Assembly: GCA_000320545.1 (NCBI GenBank)
Contig: ADNK01001416.1
Coordinates: forward strand, 1 to 55,791
DNA: 55,791 nt
From: Bigelowiella natans CCMP2755
Taxonomy: Eukaryota; Protista; Cercozoa
Reading direction: 5' to 3'
Shown here one piece after another: positions 12,943 through 24,299 of the stretch; position 1 is the stretch's first letter; the number at the start of each line of letters is the position of its first letter. Below the pieces are notes generated by a model that was not told the DNA's origin, made no database searches, and saw nothing but the letters and a program-made list of their open reading frames with translations. A program made the translations under genes and the position numbers.

Positions 12943-14277
12943 ATGGAAAATTTATTCATTCCCCCCTCTTCGGACCCTGGAATGTTCTCAGCGGAAGCCA
13001 GGAATAGGCTGTTCCATATGAATAGCCCGCTTCCAGCCGGATTTGGAGCTGTATCTCCCCGAGAGAGCATGGAAGGGGGAGTTCATAATAATATGAAGGT
13101 ATTCAAGGACAGTACAAATTCAATTCTAACAGGAGAAAGTGACGGAGACTCGCCGCTACCTCCTGCCTCCAGCAGGGGACTTTTCGCGGAAAGTGATGAC
13201 TACGATCTCCTAAATCCTGACCCAATGGCCGATTCATTATTCCTCTTTGACGGAAATAATGGATCGTGGGCTATGAGTAATTCTCTAGATTCTCGTGAAA
13301 TCGACAACAAGGAAGATATATGGAGCACTCATTGGTTGAAAAGTGAGAAACCGGCAAATAAGGGCGCAGGGATTCGTTCTTCCATAGCGTTGGATAAAAC
13401 TGGTATTGAACCCCCTACACCCCGAAGATATGTATCGGTACCAAAAATTCATCTACAATTCGATTTGAAAAGGGCTGACAAATTGCGGGCCATGAACGAG
13501 AGTGTTGATGATGCCATAATGGCTGGGAACCAAATTCCTTTGCCCAGGATGATTAAAGAATCTTCACCTTCTTCATCATCTTCTTTATCTTCTTTATCGG
13601 CAAACATAGAAAACGTTTACGATAGTCCTGTAAAAGTGCATGATGATTTTATGAAGATCGGTTCGAAAAGGTTCCGAAAGTCCAAAGGATGGAATGGGAA
13701 AATCGCTTGTGACAATTGCAGATTATCAAAAACAAAATGTGAGGGTGGATATCCTTGCTCTCGCTGTAAATATCACGGGAAAACATGCACAAGGTCTGAG
13801 GGCGAGGTGATAAAGAGCCAGGATCTTGGGGATTCATGGGAAATGAAACAACCTGTAACTAATACAGATCCCGCGCAGTCGTATCATGCTTTTGCGAAGC
13901 AGATATATGATCTCTACAATACAAAGATGCAAAAAGGAAAAGTAGAAAATCATCATAGGTCAAGAACTAACATCACAAGGCCCAACCTCAAAGGCCATGT
14001 CAACGATGCTCAGGTTGCTAAGGATAAGGCTGAATTCAGCAGCAACGTACCTAATCTCCAACGAAATACGTCGCCGCAAGATAAAACCCACTGCTATAGA
14101 AACCACTGGTGCATTCGACCTTACAGACATCCGGGACACTGTAAACACGCGGGGAAAAAAAGAAGCAGGAAAAGATCAAACAACCTTCTAAACAGAGACC
14201 AATCGAGCAACCTTAAAAACAGAGACCATATCCCAAATCACATTCTACTCCCCAATCAAGTTCCCAAAACGAAATAG
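12943..14277 (+). CDS. Zn(II)2Cys6 binuclear-cluster transcription-factor-like protein, intronless
   Basis: CDNCRLSKTKCEGGYPCSRCKYHGKTC (C-x2-C-x6-C-x5-C-x2-C-x6-C). A second Cys/His motif CYRNHWCIRPYRHPGHC is followed by a basic NLS-like run. Confidence 0.8.
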   Translation: MENLFIPPSSDPGMFSAEARNRLFHMNSPLPAGFGAVSPRESMEGGVHNNMKVFKDSTNSILTGESDGDSPLPPASSRGLFAESDDYDLLNPDPMADSLFLFDGNNGSWAMSNSLDSREIDNKEDIWSTHWLKSEKPANKGAGIRSSIALDKTGIEPPTPRRYVSVPKIHLQFDLKRADKLRAMNESVDDAIMAGNQIPLPRMIKESSPSSSSSLSSLSANIENVYDSPVKVHDDFMKIGSKRFRKSKGWNGKIACDNCRLSKTKCEGGYPCSRCKYHGKTCTRSEGEVIKSQDLGDSWEMKQPVTNTDPAQSYHAFAKQIYDLYNTKMQKGKVENHHRSRTNITRPNLKGHVNDAQVAKDKAEFSSNVPNLQRNTSPQDKTHCYRNHWCIRPYRHPGHCKHAGKKRSRKRSNNLLNRDQSSNLKNRDHIPNHILLPNQVPKTK

Positions 14278-14549
14278 AAAATACAGAAAAAACGTGGTCT
14301 TCGCTTTTGCAAGCTGATTGCTAAGAGCGTGAAGTTTCTTGTACAGTCAATTGGTCAATGAGCTACCTTTGATGATGTATTCACTTGTAATATTGTCAGT
14401 TAGTACCTTAATAAAGTTAAATTTGTATATGTCTAGCAAGAAAAGTAACGCATGTAGTGAGCAACCACCGTAGCAGTAGATAGTACGATTACCAAGATAC
14501 TACTCTTGTGCGCGCGCCATGTTTGATGCTCATTTTACTATTTGCTGAC

Positions 14550-15070
14550 AGCGCTAGCTAGCTAGACTGGCTGCCGCAGCAGCGCTCTACGACGACTAAG
14601 ATGATTGCACTCAATGAAGTGTAGTCCAAGTAGCAACATCAATCTAGTAATAGCTAGCGTGCGCCGCGCACGGGCCAGCACGCTAGTCAATTGTCATGCA
14701 GGCTGCATGCGCTATGCTACGCTAGTCGTAGACTAGCATAGCTATAGCTAGCTAGCTAGTGCAGTCGCATGCAATGATCTCTAGATCTAGCTAGCTAGTG
14801 ATGCGTCGTCACTTCGCATCGATTTCATGTGTACATACGAAAACAGCACTAGAGTACTGTACTAGCTAGCTAAATGCTGGGCTTGCATTGCTCTAGCTAG
14901 CTAGCTAGCTAGCTAGCTAGTAGTCTAGCTAGTAGTGCAAATCATGAATGCGCAATGATGGATACAACAAATTGAAGCATCGTAGGATTTTGAAACAACA
15001 ATGCACGCAACTCAACTACATCTAGATATTTTGTACACTTCAGAGATCTAGAGATGCATGCTAGCATGGC
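14550..15070. repeat. Dense cluster of CTAG scars and (CTAG)n runs
   Basis: (CTAG)3 at 14554, 14748 and 14787, (CTAG)7 at 14893, AGAT-CTAG-AGAT at 15044 and CATG-CTAG-CATG at 15057. Confidence 0.85.
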
Positions 15071-15132
15071 ATGTTGTGCTGCTAATGAAGCTATAATGAT
15101 TGACAGCTCTGTATCATTACTCATTGTCGGGC

Positions 15133-16543
15133 TTAATCAGTAATCTCAAACACAATTACTGCATTGAGCAAGTTTAGGTCTTGCAACGTCGCCTGTTAAC
15201 ACGAAAAATTGTTAGATATTAAGAAAATTTCCAAAAGGCAAGTATCAGGCATTTGTAGAGTTGTACATTCATATTCTCGATACTCCTTCGAGGAAAGGGG
15301 GTCTTCATCCTTAAATTATCTGACACATAAATAAATGAATAAATATATTTATTTGAGTATGGTGTGTGTGTGTGTGTGTGTGTGTGTTCTATGGGCAACT
15401 GGATGAATCACAAAACTGGAAGAATCAGGGTGTTTACCTTTTCTTACAATGATTGTGCTGTTTAGATGTCGAATGTATCCAACGACGAACTCTGACACAT
15501 TCTGAGAATAAAAACGTCAAGAAGAGAAAGAAATTGGGAAAGCTATGGGAAGTTACCCTAACTTTGGATTCTTTATAGAATCTACGTCGAATTTTTTTCC
15601 CGCCAACTTGACTCGGAAGACGCAATTGCAACGTTGTTACAGAATCGCCTAGATTGGGTTCAGGAGGTAATGCAGCACTTACAACATCCTGCTTTTGTTC
15701 CTTGATGCCAGTAGAACCTTGTACACAACTACTGGACGAAGTTCTATCTTTACTTTCGTTCTCACTCTTTTTTTTCTCCTGCATGTCAACCAGAGATTGC
15801 TGCAGTACCCGTTCGAGTACCTTTTCTTCTGCTGACGAAACTCTCTCGGCAACTTTTTGTTTTTTCCGTTGCGGTGCTGTAATTGGGTTAATCTCTAAAA
15901 ATTGGTGCAGTTCCTTGGCAAAGGCTCCACGTGGAATAACGTTACTATCGGTATCTGCCCACACGCGTGTTATCAGTCGTGTTCTAGGGTTGACGGCAGC
16001 GATGTAAGGAAAGCGGGACACTTTGTAAAACCCACAGAACCACTGTCCAAATACCGAGTCTGCTTTTTGCTGCCAAAAAACAAATTGACTTGCAACAATA
16101 TCATGAACTAAATCGTCTCCCCACACATCTCTGTTAAGTTGGTGACATTTAAATTCTTTGAGGTCTTGGATGTTGACCAGTAGCCACACATTCCGTGAGA
16201 CAGCCTCATCTGCAGCCTCTTCAAAACTTCCATGAAACATAATATCCTCTGGTTCTTTGAACATATTAGCGAGTCCTGTTCCGGTCCACAAATTTGAATT
16301 AACATTCCTTTGGCGAGTTGCAACCACAGGCTGAAGCAAACGTTCGGATCGCTGTGGTTGTGGAGGCGGCACGTAGGCCTCTCCGCTACCAGACTGTTCA
16401 TGAACACCAGCGCCATTATCCGCTGCAAAAAATCTTTCTACTGCTTGCTGGACATCCCAATTATTAGATGTCAAAAAGGTCCGGGCCGAAGCAACAGGTG
16501 TTCCTGTTATGCTTACGAATTGTTGTATCTTGGTGTCTTCCAT
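15133..16543 (-). CDS. UBXN7: UBA-UAS-UBX domain p97/Cdc48 adaptor (UBXN7/Ubx5-like), 4 exons
   Basis: UBA-like IQQFVSITG..ARTFL..NNWDVQQAVERFF, UAS WLLVNIQD..EFKCHQLNRDVW, and UBX TTLQLRLP..IRRRF..FPRR..TLQDLNL. Confidence 0.85.
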
Positions 16544-16894
16544 GGCACGGAGCCTTTTGAGGTGGAAGTTCTAAGGGTTTACTTGCCACCCCGATTAGTG
16601 GAACAGCAATGTAATTTATGGGACTTTCCAGCAGATGGGGCTTCCACGGGTGACTCGGTGGGCTGTATCGAAGGTTGGAGCTGAAGAAGACTTCTAGAAG
16701 CAAAAGGGAGGGACGCTGTTGTGGCAGGAAGTTGCTGTGACAGCACGATCCTCTCGAGAAAGTCTCGAGAAAGTCTCTGAGATATCCACAAAATCTCCAA
16801 TGGATCTCGAATTTTTGTGTTGATAAATTCCATCGATCATCCGTCCCCTTCTCTCATCGGGAGCCAAAAATTTGCTGCATACGAATACTACTGT

Positions 16895-17383
16895 ATGGAT
16901 CAAGGCGGCGGTATTCATGGTGGAAATTTACTTCCGCCAAGTTTGCCTCGTGGGGAGGGGGAGAGTGGTAAAATAAAGTCATCACCTCCGTTGCCGCCCG
17001 TGCCAACACATCTTCCCCCTCCTGGTGGGCATAGTTCACCAGCTAATCCTAATATCCCAACCCTGCCTAAGATTTTGCCGCCACCCCCAATTGGAAAAGA
17101 GAAAAAAAAGAAGGGAGTGCGGAAGAAGTGGACAGTTGACCTCGGAAAGACGCTCGGCGACTTTGATATGACAGTTTGCAAAGCAGCTGATATTTCATCG
17201 GAAGCCCTTGAAAATAGATTGGTGAAGGGTATCTCTGACATCAAAAAGTCCAGTGACGGATCCTCAGGGGTTATTTTCCTGAAATTTGAAAATGATGATG
17301 TGAGTGTAACTAATGCTCCATCAACATTTTTTAAAACTAACAAAAACACTGTCATCAGAATCTCAATCTCTCTTTCTCTCTCA

Positions 17384-17422
<39 letters not shown>

Positions 17423-18717
17423 TCTCACTCACAAAAAAATATACAACAAGAGCAAATAAATATGTATATATATTATGTATATATACATGTGCTATTATTC
17501 GCTCTTGTTTGGCTACTCCACAGAGCAGCGAGCTGGTAGTTCTGAAATCCAGCTCGTCTCTAGGCCAGGAATGGTATGGGAGCGCGCTTGCCCACAAATT
17601 AGGGATGAAGTGCCCAAGGATTCGAATCATTAGTTGGCGAGACCGTGAGTGTTTCCTTATCAAGAAAGCCATCGCTGCCCTGTGTGGAGTAGACCCAAGA
17701 GCAGCCGAGAGTTTGGGGGGATTGGGTAGTATGACGAACGGACACGGTGGGATCACCTGGATGAAAGTTCACAAGGTCTGACAAAATAAAAGTGATAATT
17801 TACGCTCATGCAATCGCGTGCTGAGGATAAAACAATATCAAATTACGTAAGCATTCTGTGAATTACATCTCAGATTCTAAACAGACCACACCATGGTATA
17901 ATGCAATTTGTGAACGGCAAGCCCCTATCATCGTTACTGCAAAAGTCTTCACTTACAGCCTCATCTCTCCGTGACATCGGCCGAATCTGTGCATTTGATG
18001 CACTCACCAACAATTCGTATGTGCTAATTTACCTCTTTATACAATCTATGTTTCGTCAAAACGTAATAACTGGATTTCAACAGCGATCGTTGTCCTTTTG
18101 GAGACCTATTCAACAACAGTGGAAATGCAGAGAACGTTATGCTATGTGGTAACAATGGGGACACCAAGCGCAGTATCAGAAGTAGCAATACCAAAACAAT
18201 GCACTTGATGAGAGTTGCTGTGGGCATTGACAATCGTGTTGTACCTCTGAGCAATCGTAATCAAGTACAGCAATACGTGAACAAAATAGAAAAACTTGTC
18301 TCCCAGATTAAAAGCAAAGGGCGCGATGCCTCTTGTTTCAGAAATTTATTGTCATTTCTCCAGACGACAACAGTAAAGGCCTCCATGATGAGCGACGACG
18401 GAAAATCAACGCTAAGTGAATCACAGGTAGACGAATGTGTGTTTCTTTGTTACTAAGCGTGGTTCACAATCTCAGACATGCCTCACTCATGGCAGGCTTG
18501 TTCGGAATTATTCGGGGGCTTTTTGGAGCTGGCACAAGCAGCAGCAAAATTGGAAGAGAAAGATTTTCAAAGTATAGCTACTAACATGGCAAAAGCGGTG
18601 ACGGCTGATTGGGAAGGAGTGTGGAGAAAGGCGGTTGATAGCATTCACCCTGCATTCTTTGCAACAACTGCTAGGAGCTTCCTTCCCCTTCTAGATGTAA
18701 AACCAATACAATCCTGA
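16895..18717 (+). CDS. Actin-fragmin-kinase-like (PI3/PI4-kinase fold) protein kinase with a proline-rich N-terminus, multi-exon
   Basis: SSDGSSGVIF, VVLK...EWYG..LA..LG..CPRIRII, MQFVNG, LRDIGRICAFDALTNNSDRCP, GNAENVML and VGIDN follow the AFK catalytic-domain motif order. Confidence 0.75.
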
Positions 18718-18759
18718 GCTAATGGAGTAGTGAGGTATCGTATTAAGCGATGCGAACCG

Positions 18760-18798
<39 letters not shown>

Positions 18799-18982
18799 AG
18801 ATTTTGTAGGCTAGTAACGCTAGAACGAAGCAAGCAGAATGGTTAATGCATTAGCGAGTCTAGGCGTGTACGCCATCGTGTGTGTCGAAAAATAAGTACA
18901 ATGTGAAAGTATTTTTGCGCGTGCAATGACATGATGCTTAGAAATAGATGTAGCATGCATGTCTAGATGTATGTGCTTATAT

Positions 18983-19074
18983 GAGACGGATGTAATGAAA
19001 TATTTAAATTTTTTCAGTGGTCATCCTAATGTAGCTGTGCAATGCAGCGGCTACAGCGCTTAAATTGTATCTGT
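18983..19074 (+). repeat. Dispersed two-hairpin repeat, copy B
   Basis: GAGACGGATGTAATGAA...TGGTCATCCTAATGTAGCTGTGCAATGCAGCGGCTACAGCGCT. Confidence 0.85.
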
Positions 19075-19543
19075 TTGTTTCCTAGGTCACATGGCGCATG
19101 CATGAAAATGCATCATGTTTTGGTCTGGCATGTCGCGCTTTGCGCGCAGCTTCTCGTCTTGTTTTTTCTGCGGTTGTGAGGCGCGTGGTCTCATCATTGC
19201 GATCCATGATCGCCGTCAGTTGTTTGTTGAATCTGAGTCTCTGTGGTCCGTACTGAGTATTTCCTGCGCTGCAGAATGTGGTCCATGTCTTGCAGTGTGT
19301 TGCATGTGTCGCATGTTGCTTCCAATTTTGTGCGTTGTCCTCTGGACAGCAGAAATGCTTATATGCTATGTGCTTATTACTTACACATCGCACCGTGTAT
19401 AAGTCTACGAGGCAGCAGTGCAAAACAGCAAAACATACAGCAAAACAGCGGTGTACTGCGCTCTACATGTTGATGAATCTATTTGTTCTGTTGTTATGCG
19501 CTTCATGCATTTGAAAGCTTTGCTAGGTTGGCCTTATACTAAG

Positions 19544-19590
<47 letters not shown>

Positions 19591-19927
19591 CGTGTACGCG
19601 TGTACAGCCGCAGTGAGATATTGATGTTATGGCGTAGACATCTAGACTTTCATATTTAATTTTGCAGCACACGCTGCGGATGCCATAGTTTAGATAGTAT
19701 GTAGCATCGTGCGCTAGTATATCTTGAATCGCTACGATGTAATGGAAATTTCTGGCTGGATAACTCCGCATGATAAAATTCAGCTGATAGAATACATCAA
19801 GGGTTTGAAGCATTTGCAGTGATATGTTTAACCACGTAGGTCATCCTTGCCATCGGCTAGCAAGTATGGAATTCCAAATTATTGCCCGAATCCATGGTAG
19901 TCTCGGGTGGTTCAAATATTCTCCAAG

Positions 19928-20655
19928 CTAGTGAGCTGATTTGTGAATTCGAATTAAAATGGGTACGGAAAGAAACACTAATTGAATGGATATTTTTGTG
20001 AGATACCATGAGAATGCCCATGTCCACTACTTTTCTTTGCCTCAGCTAGTTTAGCTTCAATCTTCTCAAACTTGCCTGACTTGTAGACACCTGTGAAGAC
20101 GCCGACAATGAAGGCCCCATAGCGAGCTACTGACAGAAAGGATTGTGCTGTAACACCAAAAAAGTAACGTCAACTATGTTGGAGAAGACGGACAGAAAGA
20201 GAGAATGCATGTATCTAGTCGATCATCGACGTTTATAATCTTTTTGAGAAAGCTAAATTGAAAGTCTCCCAACTCCAGGCACGCAACTCACACGATTTAA
20301 ATTCGTGAATATACTCTCACACTCACGCACACACACATACATAATTGGACCCCCTCCCCCCTCTCTCCTTCCTTGTGTATGTGTGCTGCGCACACTCGCG
20401 TGAATACATAAGCATGTCTGTAGCATGTCTGCAGTTCTATAGTGCATGTTTACGCAAAAAAATCATTCTTAAATTGCTATAATATGATTTGATTGAAGAA
20501 TAGGCTACAGTTAAGTAGAAAAATATTTATCTTTTATAAATCAATTTTGAAAATTATTATCAGATTTTACACAAGGGAAAGTGAGACGAAACATACTAAC
20601 TTCTACATGTATGTGAACATGTTACCTACATGTTAAATAATGCAGTACGCTTAGG

Positions 20656-20717
<62 letters not shown>

Positions 20718-20820
20718 CATATATTATTTGCAATAGATTACACCAAAGTCTAAAGATTTCAATGTCATGTTTTCCATATAATCTGCAATTTGACGAAGCT
20801 AGCAAACACGTACCAGGCAT
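19928..20820 (-). CDS. ATP5ME: Mitochondrial ATP synthase subunit e-like, 51 aa; exons 20814-20820, 20007-20147, 19928-19935
   Basis: Spliced product MPAQSFLSVARYGAFIVGVFTGVYKSGKFEKIEAKLAEAKKSSGHGHSHAH*. A single TM segment 'VARY.A...GxxxG' is typical of subunit e. All junctions are GT-AG and in frame. Absent from the ORF track. Confidence 0.7.
20658..20712. repeat. (TA)n microsatellite, representative of dozens of (TA)n, (CA)n, (GA)n, (GAT)n, (GAA)n and (TAG)n tracts, mostly intronic
   Basis: Read directly. Similar tracts occur at e.g. 122, 647, 26058, 32165, 41025, 46507 and 53091. Confidence 0.95.
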
Positions 20821-21544
20821 GACTGGATGGAAGTGGGGGGTGAACTTGAAAAGCGGCGCAGAGAGATACGAGTGAAGCAGCCGCAGATCTTTACGTCAGA
20901 TATACCATTACCCTTTTTCCACATATTATTGCTTCATTTTTAGATTAAATTCATCAAATTGTTCGAAATTAGAGTATAATTTGTGGTCGTATCCCGTATT
21001 TGTTCCTCACGGACTGGCAGAGATTAAAGGAACTATATCTCATATTGTTGTGCGTATTTTGCTCGTTTAAATTAACCTGGGGTATAATCTGGTAAAAATA
21101 TCCTGTATTTATTGTAAAAATGATTAGAAGAATTACAAAAAAATCTTAATTTGGGATGTCGCAGTGGGCAAAACTCCGTTAAAATTTATCTCTTGCTCTG
21201 TATTTGTCGTAGAGATAAATTAACATAAATTTTTGATATAAATGGCGAAAATATCCAAGTTTGAATCAAGACACAAAGATAACATATTCTAACCAATGTA
21301 TATCGGTTGATTCTGAAAACTGCTATTCCTTTTGTTTAAGAATTTTGATCATCCCTCTTCAGTGAAATATATGATATAATATAGATATAAGCAGCACAAA
21401 ATACTAACTTCCAAAACTGACGTAGCTCTCCTTGGCGCCGACGTCTTCATGGAGGCCATTGTGGTTTGAGCGAACTCATCTGCCTTGCGAACTACTCGTA
21501 ATTTGGAGCCATCGGTGCATCGCTTCAATATCTTCAACAGTAAG

Positions 21545-23788
21545 ATGCCCAGTGAAGCCGCCAATGATGCAAAGTCCCGTCGCAAACCCTCTCTAGTCGC
21601 TAAGAAAGCTGTACTAACTTATGCGTCCACCGGAAAGAAGGTGTTGCATGGAGTTGATTTCCAAATTGGACCTGGAGAGGTTGTTGGCTTGGTCGGAAGG
21701 AATGAAAGTGGCAAGACAAGTCTAGCCCGAGTTCTCACCTCTCAGGTTGATTTCAACATGCTACTTGACAACGGTTTTTTAAACGAAGAAACTATCATGT
21801 TCTGTCAATGGTTGCATGAAACGCAGTTGTTCTATCTCGTTGTTTCGTTCAGCATCCAATTGACGAAGGCGACGTGGAATACAAGTCATATTCTATCAAT
21901 GAACCCCCCACCCCAAATTGGGTTTGGGCGTTAAACGTTGCTGTCGTCGCCGGGTTCATCGCTATAGGTTCGGAAAACGCACGTATTGCGTCGTTTTGCA
22001 AAATTCACGGTGATATGGTACTCTTCAGGCCGGGAGATCTGGCGAGGTCTTAATTGGACAGAACTTAGGAGTAGGCTCTTCCAAAACAGCCGGAAGAGGG
22101 TGATAATTTCCTTTGATAAGATTCTAGTTTCGGATCTCGGATAATTGATTTATTTTCGCAGGCGGGAAATAGGAGACATGTAGGAATTATTTTCGCTCTA
22201 TCTCTAAGTCGAAGTGTGGAGAAGGTATTATTTCTTAATTTTGCTGAATTGTAATCACAGTGAACATTTATGCAGACGATTGGCTGGTGGGTTGTAGGGA
22301 TATTCCTTATAATGATGGCTGTGTGCCTCGTTGAGGCATGGAGGCGATATGCAAACCACAGGAGACGGTAAATTATTTACCCCTTATTTCTAATCTATAG
22401 TATCATCTCAAACGAAAATTAAAATTAAGATGTGAGGATATACGGAAAAAGGTGCTGCATATCACCAGCGAAGACAGCCCCGGTTCGTCATGTTTACGCC
22501 AAACGCACAGCATCCATGTCACCAACGATCTTATTTTGTGATAAGGTATGAACTTATACCACGACCAATGGACAATTCGAGATGCGATGTGCAAAGAGAT
22601 GCTAGATACGAACCGCGGCAAAAGTGCAAATCAGAATCATACGGAGAAAGCAACTAATCGGGCAAAGGCCCTTCTCAAAGCTTGCAACTTGCAACTCTAC
22701 GATCGCAAGGTGGTTTTCGCACTTCTCGTGTTCTCATCCTTCTCAACCACCTTCGGCAGTCTGGAAGATAACTTGCCTAGTCGAACGGAGAAAAAGAGAG
22801 AAGAGAGGCACAAGCAGGGTTGAGCTATCAGATCATCGCGTATTTAATACGATTGTAGGGGATTCCGTACGGAAACGCAGATGAATATATTGATCAAGAT
22901 ATCCCCCTCATACGCTGCTCTGGAGGCCAGAGACACTTAATCTACGTGGTCACTGCCCAATGATATTAACAAGTTATAGAAATATTCTGTATTTTTTCTC
23001 CTGGTTCCTTTAATGCGTGCACAAAAACGAACACACGCACAAAGTACGTTTTAGCACGTTTTAGCAATTTAAAATTGATAGCCAGTATGCGAAAAATACT
23101 CTGTTTCAAGGTGCATACTAGTAGCAAATCTGACACATAACTGTCCTCCCAGACCTTATTCTCACGTACAAATTGTGATTCTCTACAATAGATGAGCATG
23201 CTGGCAAGAGACCCGGAGGTCGTCTTTGCAGATGAAATTCTTATTGGCCTTGATTTGCCGACGCAGGCTCGTGTCATAGGAGTCTTGCAATACATGGTAA
23301 TTCAAACTTTCGGGCCGGCTTTTACAATATCAATTGCACTTTCGCAGAATTCTGCTCCGTTGCCTTCTTTTAAATCAGTGATGTAACTTCAAGGCGACCA
23401 TAAGGAAGATGGCGTTGGTGTACATTACGACAGACATCACACCGCTCGAGCTCCTTTGCAAAAGGGTAATACATCGCGACAATGAGTCATTTGGAGCGTC
23501 CTAATGCTCAAATTAGCCGCATTACGTCTCTTTTTTTAATTTTTAGATATTGTTCATGGAGGGAGGCAAGGTGATTGCAAATGGAAAAGCAAGCAATATC
23601 CTTTTCAATTCGAAGGTTCATATAGCTAGAAATTTCCGACATGTAATCTCAATGGGTTCCGTACTCTAAGGTCAAGACTATTCGCGAATATGTCGAAATC
23701 GCTCGTGGAAACCGTATTAGGGGCCGACATTTTAGCAGTCTGCAAGAGGAAGCAGCAAGGGCCATCCCCGAAGTTCGGAAGTTCATGA
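21545..23788 (+). CDS. ABC-type ATPase (single NBD) with hydrophobic segments inserted inside the NBD, about 12 exons
   Basis: Walker A GRNESGKT, signature CSGGQ, Walker B VVFADE, D-loop IGLD, and C-terminal ILFMEGGKVIANG. Exon phases are consistent. Confidence 0.8.
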
Positions 23789-24299
23789 AGCAGGCATTCT
23801 CTTAAGCTACAAGATCTTATGCCCATCAATCAACATTGCACCAGTTTCGTTGCTAGTGATGCTTACATTTCATCGTTAACCTAACTTCATTCTAACCCGC
23901 TCAAATGGCCTCTTCTGCTTCACAATGCGCATAATGTGGACTTAATTTGCTTCACCCCAAGCCAAAATTGACACGGCGATCACACTTTTTTGATTGAATG
24001 GAGATGAGCTAGTTTTAATTTTCATTCGAGTTTCGCTCAAGTTCTATCGTTGTGTCGCAGAATGAATGTATGTCTAGCATTGCTAGTTTGAATAATTGCG
24101 AGTCGGCATGTCGCATCGCGCCATATGTGCTAGTGTGGCCATCGACCATCGCATTCGAGTCGTCGGAAGTAATGGAAGGAGCGCCGGTGCTCATGCAAAA
24201 GGGAACAAGCAGGAAGCATGATTAATCGTTTCCGAAGTCATGAAGTATACGATTTCAAAAAGCGCCGGCTATATACGGCACAATGTGTACATGTGACAA

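Noticed and set aside
14550-15070. CRISPR-like array, or Helitron 3' ends (CTAG) as the explanation for CTAG density
   Set aside because: There is no repeat-spacer periodicity. Helitrons do not make target duplications, whereas these CTAGs are flanked by 4-bp direct repeats.
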